From: a candidate division CSSED10-310 bacterium
GTDB taxonomy: Bacteria; CSSED10-310
Assembly: GCA_016931515.1 (NCBI GenBank)
Contig: JAFGEQ010000006.1
Span: 24,649-88,648, forward strand
Direction of reading: 5' to 3'
DNA: 64,000 nucleotides
Part shown: piece by piece, positions 18,355 to 27,629 of the stretch
Numbering within the stretch: position 1 is the first letter of the stretch
How the letters are laid out: each line of letters starts with the position of its first letter
Notes under the pieces: generated by a model
Seen by the model: only the letters and a program-made list of their open reading frames with translations
Database searches by the model: none
Told to the model about the DNA's origin: nothing
Made by a program: the position numbers and the translations under genes

Positions 18355-20175
18355 TCAGTATCGCAGTCCCTTCTGGAACAGAGTGTCAAATTGAAAACCG
18401 GTTAACGCATTGATCTGCGCCTCTATCTCTTGTATATTCAGAACCATATCAATCGTACGACCCGGATTGCCGGACGTGCTTAACTCCATGTACAACCGCC
18501 CCAGTTTGTTATACTTATCTCGAATATCCACCAACATTTTGTTCCGACGTCGAACCTCGCTTCTCAATCGTTTCGACATCGATACATCACTCCGGTCAAA
18601 ACAATAAAAGCGAGGACTCCACGAGAGACTCAATCTCACATCAAAGGGATCATTCTGCCAAAGATCATATCTTTCGTTCACCGGTCCAGTGTAGGCTTTT
18701 CCACCGGATATCCAGACTTCGGGATTGCGGGTGTAATTTGTTCTCCGAATTGCCATTGAGGTGAGACAAAACTCGACTTTGGGAAACCAAATCCTGTTGA
18801 GTGACCCGTTATACCAGTTCCGATCCCGAGCAATATCTATTTGTGCATGACGCATCGAAGCCCTGATTACGTCATTCAGGGTCGGATATTCATCAGGCAG
18901 AAAAGTCGCGATCATCGGGTCGAAAGACATGCCCGTTTGATCAGAGAGCATAAAAATGCCGGTCGCTGTTGCAATCCATATCTCTTCCGGACGCGTTGGA
19001 TTCAGCGCCAGTTCACGCACGTTATACTCAGATAAACCCGGATTATGGAATTGACCTTCTCCCGTTAGTGAGTTCCAAAAATACAATCCCCTGTTCGTTG
19101 CAAGAATTGTCGTGTTCAATGAAACGAGAAGATCCTGGATTCTTACTCCACTGATCTCTTCCTCCGATACCTCTGAGAATTCATGATCCTTTGTGATCCG
19201 ATACAAACCGGTTGGACCCCCAAGATATATCTCATTCTGTGACGAGAGATTGATCATCTGTGCCTGAATGGGTGGCTGCAGTACTCTTATATTCTCCAAA
19301 ACGGCGTGGTTTAAACTGGCAATAATGACACTGCTTTCCGTAATGGCGACAATGACACGTCCGTTTATTCGATCCGTCTCCAGATCGAGCATCCGTCCCT
19401 GATCCAAAACACCCTCAACAACATCGAATGTTAATCCATGATCGTTCGATATAAGCAATTTTCCATTCTGAAGGATCAGAACATCTCCTTCAGGTGCAAT
19501 CACACAGACCCGAGTGATCCCTGTGTTCGCAGGTCCTGCGTTAGCCGGCAACTCCTCCCAACGATGCCCCGAATCCATCGATCGATATAATCCTCGATCC
19601 GTCACCAGATACGCATACCTCGGATCCGTGGAGTCCCAGCGGACCTGGCGGATCACAACCTGTATTTCTTCAATAAAATCCGGATCCTCATCACCAATAT
19701 CCACTTCCTCATCAGTGTCGGTGTCAGGTTCCTCTAAAAGACCCAGATCAATCAGTCTTTCCCTGAGTTCCTCATCCGACAGATCATCAATCTCCTCCTC
19801 CTCGTCGAGTACTCCCCTGTAATACAAATCGTCGACATCATAATCGTCCCGATCGAAATTCGTGGAGATATCTGATTCCTGGTCATCCTGATCAGGTTCT
19901 TCAATGTAATCTTCCTCATCATCAACAAAAGAGCCGGTACGAAACACTGCCCGCCAGGATCGTCCATTGTTTTCAGACAAGTAAACAGTTCTTTCTGTTG
20001 CACATAATATATGCCGACCCGAGTCATCCAGATCAATAGAAATCAAATTCAAATCAAGCATTCCGCCCGATTGATCGATCCATTTTCTCTGGAGAAACTC
20101 CGGTTCAAGTCCAGAAAAAGCAGATGCTTTCAGGAATAAAACAAACAAACCGATGAGGAATTGAGTCCGGATCAC
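18355..20175 (-). CDS. secreted BNR/Asp-box repeat protein with a long acidic insertion
   Basis: Signal peptide MIRTQFLIGLFVLFLKASA (GTG start); Asp-box-like SENNGRSW, SMDSGHRW, SNDHGLTF; ~90-aa D/E-rich segment. Confidence 0.5.
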   Translation of the reverse strand: MIRTQFLIGLFVLFLKASAFSGLEPEFLQRKWIDQSGGMLDLNLISIDLDDSGRHILCATERTVYLSENNGRSWRAVFRTGSFVDDEEDYIEEPDQDDQESDISTNFDRDDYDVDDLYYRGVLDEEEEIDDLSDEELRERLIDLGLLEEPDTDTDEEVDIGDEDPDFIEEIQVVIRQVRWDSTDPRYAYLVTDRGLYRSMDSGHRWEELPANAGPANTGITRVCVIAPEGDVLILQNGKLLISNDHGLTFDVVEGVLDQGRMLDLETDRINGRVIVAITESSVIIASLNHAVLENIRVLQPPIQAQMINLSSQNEIYLGGPTGLYRITKDHEFSEVSEEEISGVRIQDLLVSLNTTILATNRGLYFWNSLTGEGQFHNPGLSEYNVRELALNPTRPEEIWIATATGIFMLSDQTGMSFDPMIATFLPDEYPTLNDVIRASMRHAQIDIARDRNWYNGSLNRIWFPKVEFCLTSMAIRRTNYTRNPEVWISGGKAYTGPVNERYDLWQNDPFDVRLSLSWSPRFYCFDRSDVSMSKRLRSEVRRRNKMLVDIRDKYNKLGRLYMELSTSGNPGRTIDMVLNIQEIEAQINALTGFQFDTLFQKGLRY

Positions 20176-20224
20176 TTTACTGTCATCCTAAAAATATCTT
20201 ATTTCAGCCGAAAGAGCCTTCTGC

Positions 20225-20253
20225 AAAGTATCAGACTCTGAAATGAGGGTCAA
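20225..20253 (-). promoter_or_regulatory. candidate sigma70-type promoter for the secreted-protein operon (TTGACC-17-TACTTT on minus strand)
   Basis: Minus-strand TTGACC (20248-20253) and TACTTT (20225-20230) with 17-nt spacer, ~50 nt upstream of GTG 20175. Confidence 0.3.
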
Positions 20254-20265
20254 TAATCGAGCCGT

Positions 20266-20577
20266 TTAACAAATGCGTTTCACTTTGAAACAGTTCTCCA
20301 AAACCCATTCGATAATCATTTTGAGTTCCTCATGGGAGGAGATTCCGAAATGAGTATTAAAAATGACTTCTTCGAGTTCTTGGACAATTATTTCGTACAG
20401 TTTTAACACAGGTTCATCTATCAGAGAATATTCGCTGAAGGAGATATATGTCATCTGCTGGTCACTGATTCGTTTCAGAGCAAGCAAGGCATAAGCACCA
20501 AGATTCTCCCGCCTGTAATCGGCAATAAGACAAACAATCCGGGTTTTCAGCTCACCCAAATCCTCAGTCATAGACAA
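20266..20577 (-). CDS. hypothetical protein (103 aa)
   Basis: ORF whose start overlaps the 3' end of the upstream nucleotidyltransferase gene by 10 nt; no motif recognised. Confidence 0.35.
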   Translation of the reverse strand: MSMTEDLGELKTRIVCLIADYRRENLGAYALLALKRISDQQMTYISFSEYSLIDEPVLKLYEIIVQELEEVIFNTHFGISSHEELKMIIEWVLENCFKVKRIC

Positions 20578-23500
20578 CCACGCGACTGTTCCAGAAGATA
20601 TCGACCTATTGTATCGATAGCTTGTCGAGCTCGATATCGATGTCCCCGATAGCTGTTGATCAGACGCGGTGCGGACCCTCCGCTTCCATCGCCTTCCATA
20701 GAATCAATCCCCATCTGTTCTGACACGCGAATCAATTGATCGCGTAACATATCATCCTCCGTTGAAAAACTTAAATAGTACAAATCTTTAAATGTTCGAA
20801 GAAATTTATACACCCGTTCGAGAGTTTTAAATTCCGAAGCCAATTCCGGCAAAGCGTTGATCAGTGTCTGAAATGTTCTCCAGATATCTGATTCGCGATT
20901 GCCAATAAATGCCTGGCCGGCCTGCAGAATCATCTGGATATCCCTTAATCCACCCGGATTCTCTTTCACATTGACTGTATGACTTTTTATCTTTGAGGAG
21001 GTAATACGGCGATCCTCTATTTCGTTGAGTAGCGAAGCGATAAATCGATGCGGGTTCGCGAATAGCTTTTTTTCAAGCAGCCTTGTCAGTACTCTGTCGA
21101 AAGACTGGCTTCCAACTAAAAGCCGGGCGCCTAGCAACTGAGTCCAATCAATAAAATCGGACTCCTCAGGTATCTCAAATTTCGCTTCAAGTTGATCCAT
21201 CGGAATGATAAATGAGTTAAAAATCTCGGCAAAACGATGGTGTGTCAGCACGCCCTGCTTGTTTAACTCCCTGTTGATGTCATTAATCAACGAGGATGCG
21301 TATCGAATGAACTCTCGTTCTGAAATTCCGCAGATAACGAACAGATCGATGTCATTTTCAAACGCTTCTTCCCTTGCATACCCCCCTGTACAGAAAATTG
21401 CGATCGGCTGGTCGTCTTCATCCTGCGCCCTGAATTCGAATTGGTATTCTCCACGCGTATCGATTTGCCATTGTGCTGCGCGATAGAGCCAACGGAAATA
21501 GCGTCTGAAAAATGAATGGTACATCCGGTAGAATGATTCGAGATCATCCGGACGATTCAACACTTCCAGACCACAGCGGCAAAACCCGAACTGGTAAAAA
21601 ACGGCAAGTCGTTCCTTCAACTCTTGAGGATTCGATGCATCCGACAGTTCCGCCCACTGTAATTGTCTGACCCTGTCAAGATAGGCCATGTCATCGATAT
21701 GAGATACAATTTCCGGCCGGATCTCCACGACCTTCGAAAAAAAACGCCGGTAATTATTCGAGGACAATTCCAGAACCCGGCAGAGAATTTTGAATTGTCC
21801 CTGCAGTTTTTGAAAATCCTTGCTTGTATCATCGATTTTTTCAACTTCCCGGCTCACGTCGGATAACTGCTGTTGATCGAGATTGATCAGGAAGTGAGTA
21901 ACAATTGACGGATTGGACGGCAACATCTCAACAAGTTCCCGAACCCGATGGAGATCGGTTTTAAAAAGCTCCAGAAGCCATATATTGAGTGCGCGTGAAT
22001 AGTCTACTTCCGTGAATCCGTGAACATGACGGTTAAACAATACCGCCATGCTGATCATCGAATCCATATCGAATGCAATCATCCTGATCAATCTGCGGAA
22101 CGTATAAAGCCTGTGATGAATAGATAACTTCTCAATTGATTCTACTAATTGTGCCAGCCGACGCCCCTTGTCGCCCTCCATGGACTGCAGAATATCATCC
22201 CAGTACCGCGTACCCTTGAATTGCTTGATAGCAAAAAATAAGTTCCGAACCAGGCTGTCAGTCCATTTTATAGCCAATTCCGGCGGCTTTTTATTATTCA
22301 TCAGATCATTGAAAACCGTTATTTTTTTCAGATGGCTGTCCACCTTACTCATCACCTGGCCGCTCAATTCACACAAGAGGTTCAGATTTTCGTAGTAGTG
22401 AACCAACAGACGAGGACCCGGGCGGATAGGTCCCAGGGATTCGAATCCCATAACTTCAGCAACTGCATCCAGATTTTCCATGATGACGGGATCGGTTGTA
22501 TCAAATCGATCATCAATAGAAATCAAGAGTTGATAAAGGTAAAAAAACATCTCGCAGAAATTGAATGAGCTCTGTAATGCCTCGTAGAGTTTTCGAGATC
22601 CCGGATCCCGGTTGACCAGGATATCCAGCGTATCACGGGATCCGTGTTCATGAATTCCGTAGATTGTTTTTAGAAGACTCATGGAATTATGTATCAAGCG
22701 GAGAGCATCATTTTTCGGGCTTGCCCACTGAGGATCGATTTTCCGCTGCATTTGCCTCTGGACTTCTCCCATCAATCCACGGAGATATGCTTCATGGAGA
22801 TAGCGCGCATCCGGGTTGTAATAAAACTTGTTTATGACAACTTCTTCCAGACGCCTGACAGGTTGCTTGTCACCCAGCAGGTATTCATTCGCAAGTAATT
22901 CCGAAATTAGGATGTAATTACTGATATCTCGTTTCAGATAACGTTGAAAATCAACAGTTGAAGTCAGGTATGAGTTCGTTGTGACAAGTTCCGCTAGATA
23001 GAAATGCATTTTTGTTGAGTATTTAAGAAATTCGGCTGCTACCTGGCTGATAATCGTATTCCATTGGTTTTTATCGATGCCCGGCGAGATAAAAACACCA
23101 ACATCAAGGTCCTCTTGATCCATGATCATACCGACATTACAGATTGCTATCCCGTTCATCGGCAAATCCTCTGCGAATACATGGATAAGTACACTGATGT
23201 AATTGGAGATCAAACTGCGGCGCTGGATGCGAAGACGTGAAAGAATCTGTCGGTAAACATGAGTCCTGTCCTTTTCCGATCTCGATTCCCGTCGAAGAGA
23301 TTCTATACTTATAAAATGAAGATGAAGCATCTGGAGACCGAAGTAGGTTCCAATGAACTGACGCATTTCCTTCGGCGTATCTGCTACCCGAGCGACAGCA
23401 GTCATCTGGCTTTTGTAATTATAAGATTTACGCCACAGATGAACCTTTCCGGCCATTCCCCGCTCTTCCAATCTTTGCCGCAATGCCGGGGCATTCTGTT

Positions 23501-23603
23501 CAACCAATTGCTTGTATTTTTGAAAATGATTTGAGAGACGCTCCAGACCACTGGAAAGCTCGTCAAACGATTCGATCAAGCTCTCGCCTTCGGATTTCAG
23601 CAT
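20568..23603 (-). CDS. GlnE-like bifunctional nucleotidyltransferase (two NT domains; glutamine synthetase adenylyltransferase family, tentative)
   Basis: Canonical NT motif CTGGYAREEAFENDIDLFVI plus degenerate N-terminal copy NVGMIMDQEDLDVGVF, each followed by helical region; GGLRDIQM motif; 1011 aa matches GlnE size. Confidence 0.45.
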   Translation of the reverse strand: MLKSEGESLIESFDELSSGLERLSNHFQKYKQLVEQNAPALRQRLEERGMAGKVHLWRKSYNYKSQMTAVARVADTPKEMRQFIGTYFGLQMLHLHFISIESLRRESRSEKDRTHVYRQILSRLRIQRRSLISNYISVLIHVFAEDLPMNGIAICNVGMIMDQEDLDVGVFISPGIDKNQWNTIISQVAAEFLKYSTKMHFYLAELVTTNSYLTSTVDFQRYLKRDISNYILISELLANEYLLGDKQPVRRLEEVVINKFYYNPDARYLHEAYLRGLMGEVQRQMQRKIDPQWASPKNDALRLIHNSMSLLKTIYGIHEHGSRDTLDILVNRDPGSRKLYEALQSSFNFCEMFFYLYQLLISIDDRFDTTDPVIMENLDAVAEVMGFESLGPIRPGPRLLVHYYENLNLLCELSGQVMSKVDSHLKKITVFNDLMNNKKPPELAIKWTDSLVRNLFFAIKQFKGTRYWDDILQSMEGDKGRRLAQLVESIEKLSIHHRLYTFRRLIRMIAFDMDSMISMAVLFNRHVHGFTEVDYSRALNIWLLELFKTDLHRVRELVEMLPSNPSIVTHFLINLDQQQLSDVSREVEKIDDTSKDFQKLQGQFKILCRVLELSSNNYRRFFSKVVEIRPEIVSHIDDMAYLDRVRQLQWAELSDASNPQELKERLAVFYQFGFCRCGLEVLNRPDDLESFYRMYHSFFRRYFRWLYRAAQWQIDTRGEYQFEFRAQDEDDQPIAIFCTGGYAREEAFENDIDLFVICGISEREFIRYASSLINDINRELNKQGVLTHHRFAEIFNSFIIPMDQLEAKFEIPEESDFIDWTQLLGARLLVGSQSFDRVLTRLLEKKLFANPHRFIASLLNEIEDRRITSSKIKSHTVNVKENPGGLRDIQMILQAGQAFIGNRESDIWRTFQTLINALPELASEFKTLERVYKFLRTFKDLYYLSFSTEDDMLRDQLIRVSEQMGIDSMEGDGSGGSAPRLINSYRGHRYRARQAIDTIGRYLLEQSRGCL

Positions 23604-23629
23604 ATGACAGAGTCTCCATTAAATTTGAT

Positions 23630-24373
23630 CTACAAACCCAGTCCCCCGTCTACACCTAAAATGTTGCCGGTAACATAGGCAGCGGCATCGCTCAGGAGGA
23701 AGATAACCGCATCGGCAACATCCGAAGGTTTTCCTGCTCTTCCTGCTGGAATTTTGGTGAGCCATTCTTCGCGAGCCTTTTCCGGAATAGCGCGTGTCAT
23801 ATCTGTTTCGATGAATCCGGGAGCGATAGCGTTAACAGTGATATTATACCTGGCGAGCTCGAGTGCCAGAGTTTTCGTCAATCCGATTACACCAGCTTTG
23901 GAGGCGGAATAATTCGCCTGGCCGGGATTCCCGTTGGCTGCGACACTTGACAGGTTAATAATTCGACCGGCGGACGATTTTCTGATCAGGGCAGTGCAAT
24001 ACCGGGTCATCAAATACGTTCCAGTTAGATTTACGTTGATAACTGATTGCCACTGTTCGAAACTCATCCGCATAAACAGATTGTCTCGAGTTATTCCGGC
24101 ATTGTTCACCAGCGCGTCCAGAGCATCGAATTCTGTTTTAACTGAATTCACCAATTCCTTGACTTGATCCTCGTTGGACACATCGCAAGCCTTGATAGTG
24201 ATGTCACCAGGAACATCTTTTAGAGACTCCCGGGCACTCTCAAGATCCTCCATTCTCAGATCCACCATCACTACCCGAGCTCCTTCCTGGAGACATTGAC
24301 GAGTGATGGCAAGACCAATGCCTCGTGCTGCACCAGTCACTATAACAATACGTCCCGATAGTTTTTTCATCAT
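23630..24373 (-). CDS. fabG: 3-oxoacyl-[acyl-carrier-protein] reductase (SDR family)
   Basis: TGAARGIG Rossmann motif, YSASKAG catalytic motif; start moved to internal ATG (MMKKLSGRIVIVTG) preceded by AAAGGAG RBS. Confidence 0.75.
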   Translation of the reverse strand: MMKKLSGRIVIVTGAARGIGLAITRQCLQEGARVVMVDLRMEDLESARESLKDVPGDITIKACDVSNEDQVKELVNSVKTEFDALDALVNNAGITRDNLFMRMSFEQWQSVINVNLTGTYLMTRYCTALIRKSSAGRIINLSSVAANGNPGQANYSASKAGVIGLTKTLALELARYNITVNAIAPGFIETDMTRAIPEKAREEWLTKIPAGRAGKPSDVADAVIFLLSDAAAYVTGNILGVDGGLGL

Positions 24374-24479
24374 CGCACTCCTTTCTAGATACAAGTGTTT
24401 ACTATCATAATAGAAATCCGACTGCTTATCTAACACGAATTTCAACCGTTGATCCATCCTCCGGTTTTCAGCCTGTTTC

Positions 24480-24508
24480 TTGACAATGAAATAATTCAGG
24501 TTTAAGTT
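24480..24508 (+). promoter_or_regulatory. candidate sigma70-type promoter for the yceD-rpmF-plsX-fabD-acpP operon (TTGACA-17-TAAGTT)
   Basis: Perfect -35 TTGACA at 24480-24485, 17-nt spacer, weaker -10 TAAGTT at 24503-24508, 34 nt upstream of ATG 24542. Confidence 0.35.
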
Positions 24509-24541
24509 AGGCGACTCACCCGGAAAAGAGGGTGGGGATCC

Positions 24542-25090
24542 ATGGATGAGGAGCTGGGTACGTTGGATTACAAGAAGATATTTTTAAATGAAATACCTGT
24601 CGACGGTCTTGTTGTAAACGTCCGTATGACAGCGGAAGAACTGGATATGGAATTTGATGGATGCACTCTGTCGGGTGAGATCGAATTCAAAGGACTGCTT
24701 CAGCGATTTTCCGACCGTTATCTCCTTTCAGGTCAGTTAATCGGCCAGTGGTTGTATCAGTGTGATCGATGCCTGACTCCGTTCCTTTACCCTGTAAAAT
24801 GCGATGTTTTAATGCATTATGTTGAATTACGATCAACCGGGTATGACGCTGCTGCAGTCATTGATCCGGAGATCGAAGAGCCGGAGGAACTGGTTACCGA
24901 TCATATAAATCTTCATCAAGCACTGGTTGAACAGATGATTTTACAAATTCCCATGAAGGCATTATGCTCGGAGAACTGCAAAGGACTCTGTCCTCAGTGC
25001 GGCGAGAATTTGAATATCCGGCAATGTGACTGTCATCAAACTGATATTGATCCCAGGTTAATAAAATTAAAAAATTTATTGGAAAAGTGA
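24542..25090 (+). CDS. yceD: YceD/DUF177 family protein (23S rRNA accumulation protein)
   Basis: Cys cluster CDRC...CPQCGENLNIRQCDC and conserved position immediately upstream of rpmF-plsX. Confidence 0.75.
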   Translation: MDEELGTLDYKKIFLNEIPVDGLVVNVRMTAEELDMEFDGCTLSGEIEFKGLLQRFSDRYLLSGQLIGQWLYQCDRCLTPFLYPVKCDVLMHYVELRSTGYDAAAVIDPEIEEPEELVTDHINLHQALVEQMILQIPMKALCSENCKGLCPQCGENLNIRQCDCHQTDIDPRLIKLKNLLEK

Positions 25091-25099
25091 GGAATCCAG

Positions 25100-25282
25100 A
25101 TGCCCGTACCAAAAAGACATAAAACACATTCTAAAGTTAAAATGGGAAGAGCAAACAAAGGGTTGAAAGAAATTGGCATGTCAATTTGTCCGAATTGCCA
25201 GGAACCCAAGCTGCCGCATCGCGTCTGCCCGAGTTGCGGATATTACGGAACCAAGCAGGTACTCGAGATCAAGGAAGAATAA
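25100..25282 (+). CDS. rpmF: 50S ribosomal protein L32
   Basis: 60 aa, MPVPKRHKTHSKVKMGRANKG..., Cys pairs CPNC/CPSC. Confidence 0.9.
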   Translation: MPVPKRHKTHSKVKMGRANKGLKEIGMSICPNCQEPKLPHRVCPSCGYYGTKQVLEIKEE

Positions 25283-25302
25283 ACAACCCGGATGTCGAGC
25301 TC

Positions 25303-26295
25303 TTGACTAAGCCCGTGGAAATTATCCTTGATACGCTCGGTTCCGAGCGTGGAATTGAAGAAGCCGTTGCTGCCGGATACCGATTTTCTAAGCAGAGCGG
25401 TGTCAGGATTTGCCTTGTCGGAAATAATATACATATTTCGAACCTGCTGAGAACCCGGTTCACAGATCCCGTGAGTATCCGAATCGTCGATGCCAGAGAG
25501 TCTGTTTCGATGGCCGAGAATGCCGAGGCGGCATTGGATGAAAAAGCGGATGCATCGATTCGCATTGCCATGCGTGAGGTATCCGCTGACAGTGCCGTGA
25601 TAACCCCGGGTCACACAGGTGCTGCAGTATTGGCAGCTAAAGAATGTTTGGGGCTGGTATCTGGAGTCCGACGGGCTTGCCTTTGCCAGATTTTGCCGTC
25701 CCGCATGGATAGCAAACAGGTCATTTTTGCAGACGCTGGCGCTTCCCTGAACGCCACGCCTGCGGATATCTGCCGTTTCGCTATCCTTGCAAGAATCGCT
25801 GCGATGAAACTGCTGGATGTCTCTAATCCCAGCATCGGTCTTTTGAATATAGGGGCTGAACCGGGCAAGGGTGATCCAGTCCTCCGGGAAACCCATGCGA
25901 TTATGGAGAAACACTTGCCGGGTTTTAGGGGCAACATCGAGGGTGATGATATATGGAATGCATCGGTAGATATTGTGATTACAAACGGCATCACCGGGAA
26001 TATCCTGCTGAAATCAGCCGAGGGATTAGCCTCTATGATTTTCAATGGAATATCTCAATTATTCAGCGGAACGGACATTGATCGTCTGCAGACTTTCGCA
26101 GCGAGATTTCGATCCTGTACGTATGGAGGAGCCGTCTTGCTTGGAGTGAACGGCACCTGTATTGTAACGCACGGACGAGCATCAAGCGAAGACATGATTG
26201 CCGCTTCAGAACTCGCGGTCCGATGTTTGAATAGCGAGCTGAGAGAGGCCATCTTGAACAATAGGGATTTGTTGATGATTCCGGATGTTCCATAA
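25303..26295 (+). CDS. plsX: phosphate acyltransferase PlsX
   Basis: PlsX-like sequence and synteny after rpmF; start uncertain (TTG 25303 or GTG 25315; track ORF start 25186 overlaps rpmF and is unlikely). Confidence 0.7.
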   Translation: MTKPVEIILDTLGSERGIEEAVAAGYRFSKQSGVRICLVGNNIHISNLLRTRFTDPVSIRIVDARESVSMAENAEAALDEKADASIRIAMREVSADSAVITPGHTGAAVLAAKECLGLVSGVRRACLCQILPSRMDSKQVIFADAGASLNATPADICRFAILARIAAMKLLDVSNPSIGLLNIGAEPGKGDPVLRETHAIMEKHLPGFRGNIEGDDIWNASVDIVITNGITGNILLKSAEGLASMIFNGISQLFSGTDIDRLQTFAARFRSCTYGGAVLLGVNGTCIVTHGRASSEDMIAASELAVRCLNSELREAILNNRDLLMIPDVP

Positions 26296-26316
26296 CCGGA
26301 CGGAGGATTTACGAGT

Positions 26317-27261
26317 ATGAAGACAGCAATTTTGTTTCCCGGGCAGGGCGCGCAAACCGCGGGCATGGGTTACGATGTTTTCAATCAATTCCCCTCGGCG
26401 ACATCCATCTATCAAGCAGCAGATAAAGCACTCGGTTTTTCAATCTCGTCGTTGTGTTTCAATGGGCCTCAAGAGCAATTAAATCTGACAGCCAACACGC
26501 AGCCTGCCCTCCTTGTAACATCCGCTGCTCTTTCAACCGTTTTGTTTGAGCACGTGTCTCTGGATGTACAATGCGTTGCCGGGCACAGTTTAGGCCAATA
26601 TACTGCACTCTGGTTTGCTGGAGCTCTTGATCTGCCCACTGCTGTTCAGATGGTACGACTGCGCGGACAGGTGATGCAATCTGCTACGCCTGAAGGTGTT
26701 GGAGCGATGGCTGCGATTATGGGAATAGACAGCGAGGTCATTGAGGAAGTTTGTTGTTTAGCAGCCGGGTCGCAGGTTCTTTCAGCTGCAAATTTCAATG
26801 GACCCGGCCAGACAGTGATTTCAGGGAACCGGGAAGCCGTTGAACGGGCTGTCAACCTGGCGAAGGAAAAGGGAGCCAGAAAAAGCATTCTTCTTCCTGT
26901 CAGCGCTCCATTCCACTGCCCTCTTATGCAACCAGCAGCGGATAAGATGGCGGAAGCACTCGGAGTGGCAACCGTTTCAGACATGAAGCATTGCGTCATC
27001 TGTAACGTTACTGCCCGGCCCATACCCAATGAACCGAGTGCAATTCGCGATGCGCTGGTTCAGCAGGTTACCGCTCCCGTTCAGTGGGAAAAATCGATCA
27101 AATCGATGGCGGACACCGGGGTTGAGCTTTTTGTTGAGATCGGTCCAGGAAATGTGCTGACTAATCTGGCCAAACGGATATCCCCTGATATCAAACGCTT
27201 TTCGATATCAAACCTGGGGGATATCAAGAATTTTATTGCTTTTCTGTCTGATGAAATTTAG
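26317..27261 (+). CDS. fabD: malonyl-CoA:ACP transacylase
   Basis: Active-site GHSLGQYTAL, FPGQGAQ N-terminal motif. Confidence 0.9.
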   Translation: MKTAILFPGQGAQTAGMGYDVFNQFPSATSIYQAADKALGFSISSLCFNGPQEQLNLTANTQPALLVTSAALSTVLFEHVSLDVQCVAGHSLGQYTALWFAGALDLPTAVQMVRLRGQVMQSATPEGVGAMAAIMGIDSEVIEEVCCLAAGSQVLSAANFNGPGQTVISGNREAVERAVNLAKEKGARKSILLPVSAPFHCPLMQPAADKMAEALGVATVSDMKHCVICNVTARPIPNEPSAIRDALVQQVTAPVQWEKSIKSMADTGVELFVEIGPGNVLTNLAKRISPDIKRFSISNLGDIKNFIAFLSDEI

Positions 27262-27304
27262 AATGACGCGTAACGCGCGAGGAAAAATGTAAGGAGAAAT
27301 TGAA

Positions 27305-27541
27305 ATGACGATTGAAGAAAGGGTTATTAAAGTCGTTGCCGATCAGTTAGGTGTTGAATTGGCTGAAGTGACTCCGGAAGCATCTTTCACTGATGATCTG
27401 GGAGCTGATTCTTTGGATACCGTCGAACTGGTTATGGCTTTTGAAGAAGAATTCGATGTTGACATTCCGGATGAAGACGCGGAGAAGATGAACGTAGTAA
27501 AGGATGCGATCAATTACCTGAAAGGGAAACTGAGCGAATAG
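27305..27541 (+). CDS. acpP: acyl carrier protein
   Basis: 78 aa, phosphopantetheine attachment motif [20 protein letters not shown]. Confidence 0.9.
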   Translation: MTIEERVIKVVADQLGVELAEVTPEASFTDDLGADSLDTVELVMAFEEEFDVDIPDEDAEKMNVVKDAINYLKGKLSE

Positions 27542-27629
27542 GTCCTTTGATGGGCTCTTGACATGACGAACTGCTAATCCTACCGGTGATTAATCGGCGT
27601 CGAGCCAGTCACCGGTTTGATCTGTACAG

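Noticed and set aside
25243-25914. 223-aa minus-strand ORF antisense to plsX
   Set aside because: Embedded in a well-supported conserved gene; no motifs; typical spurious shadow ORF.
27582-27616. 8-bp inverted repeat accggtga / tcaccggt after acpP
   Set aside because: 19-nt loop and no T-run; not a convincing terminator, and tsaE starts only 14 nt later.
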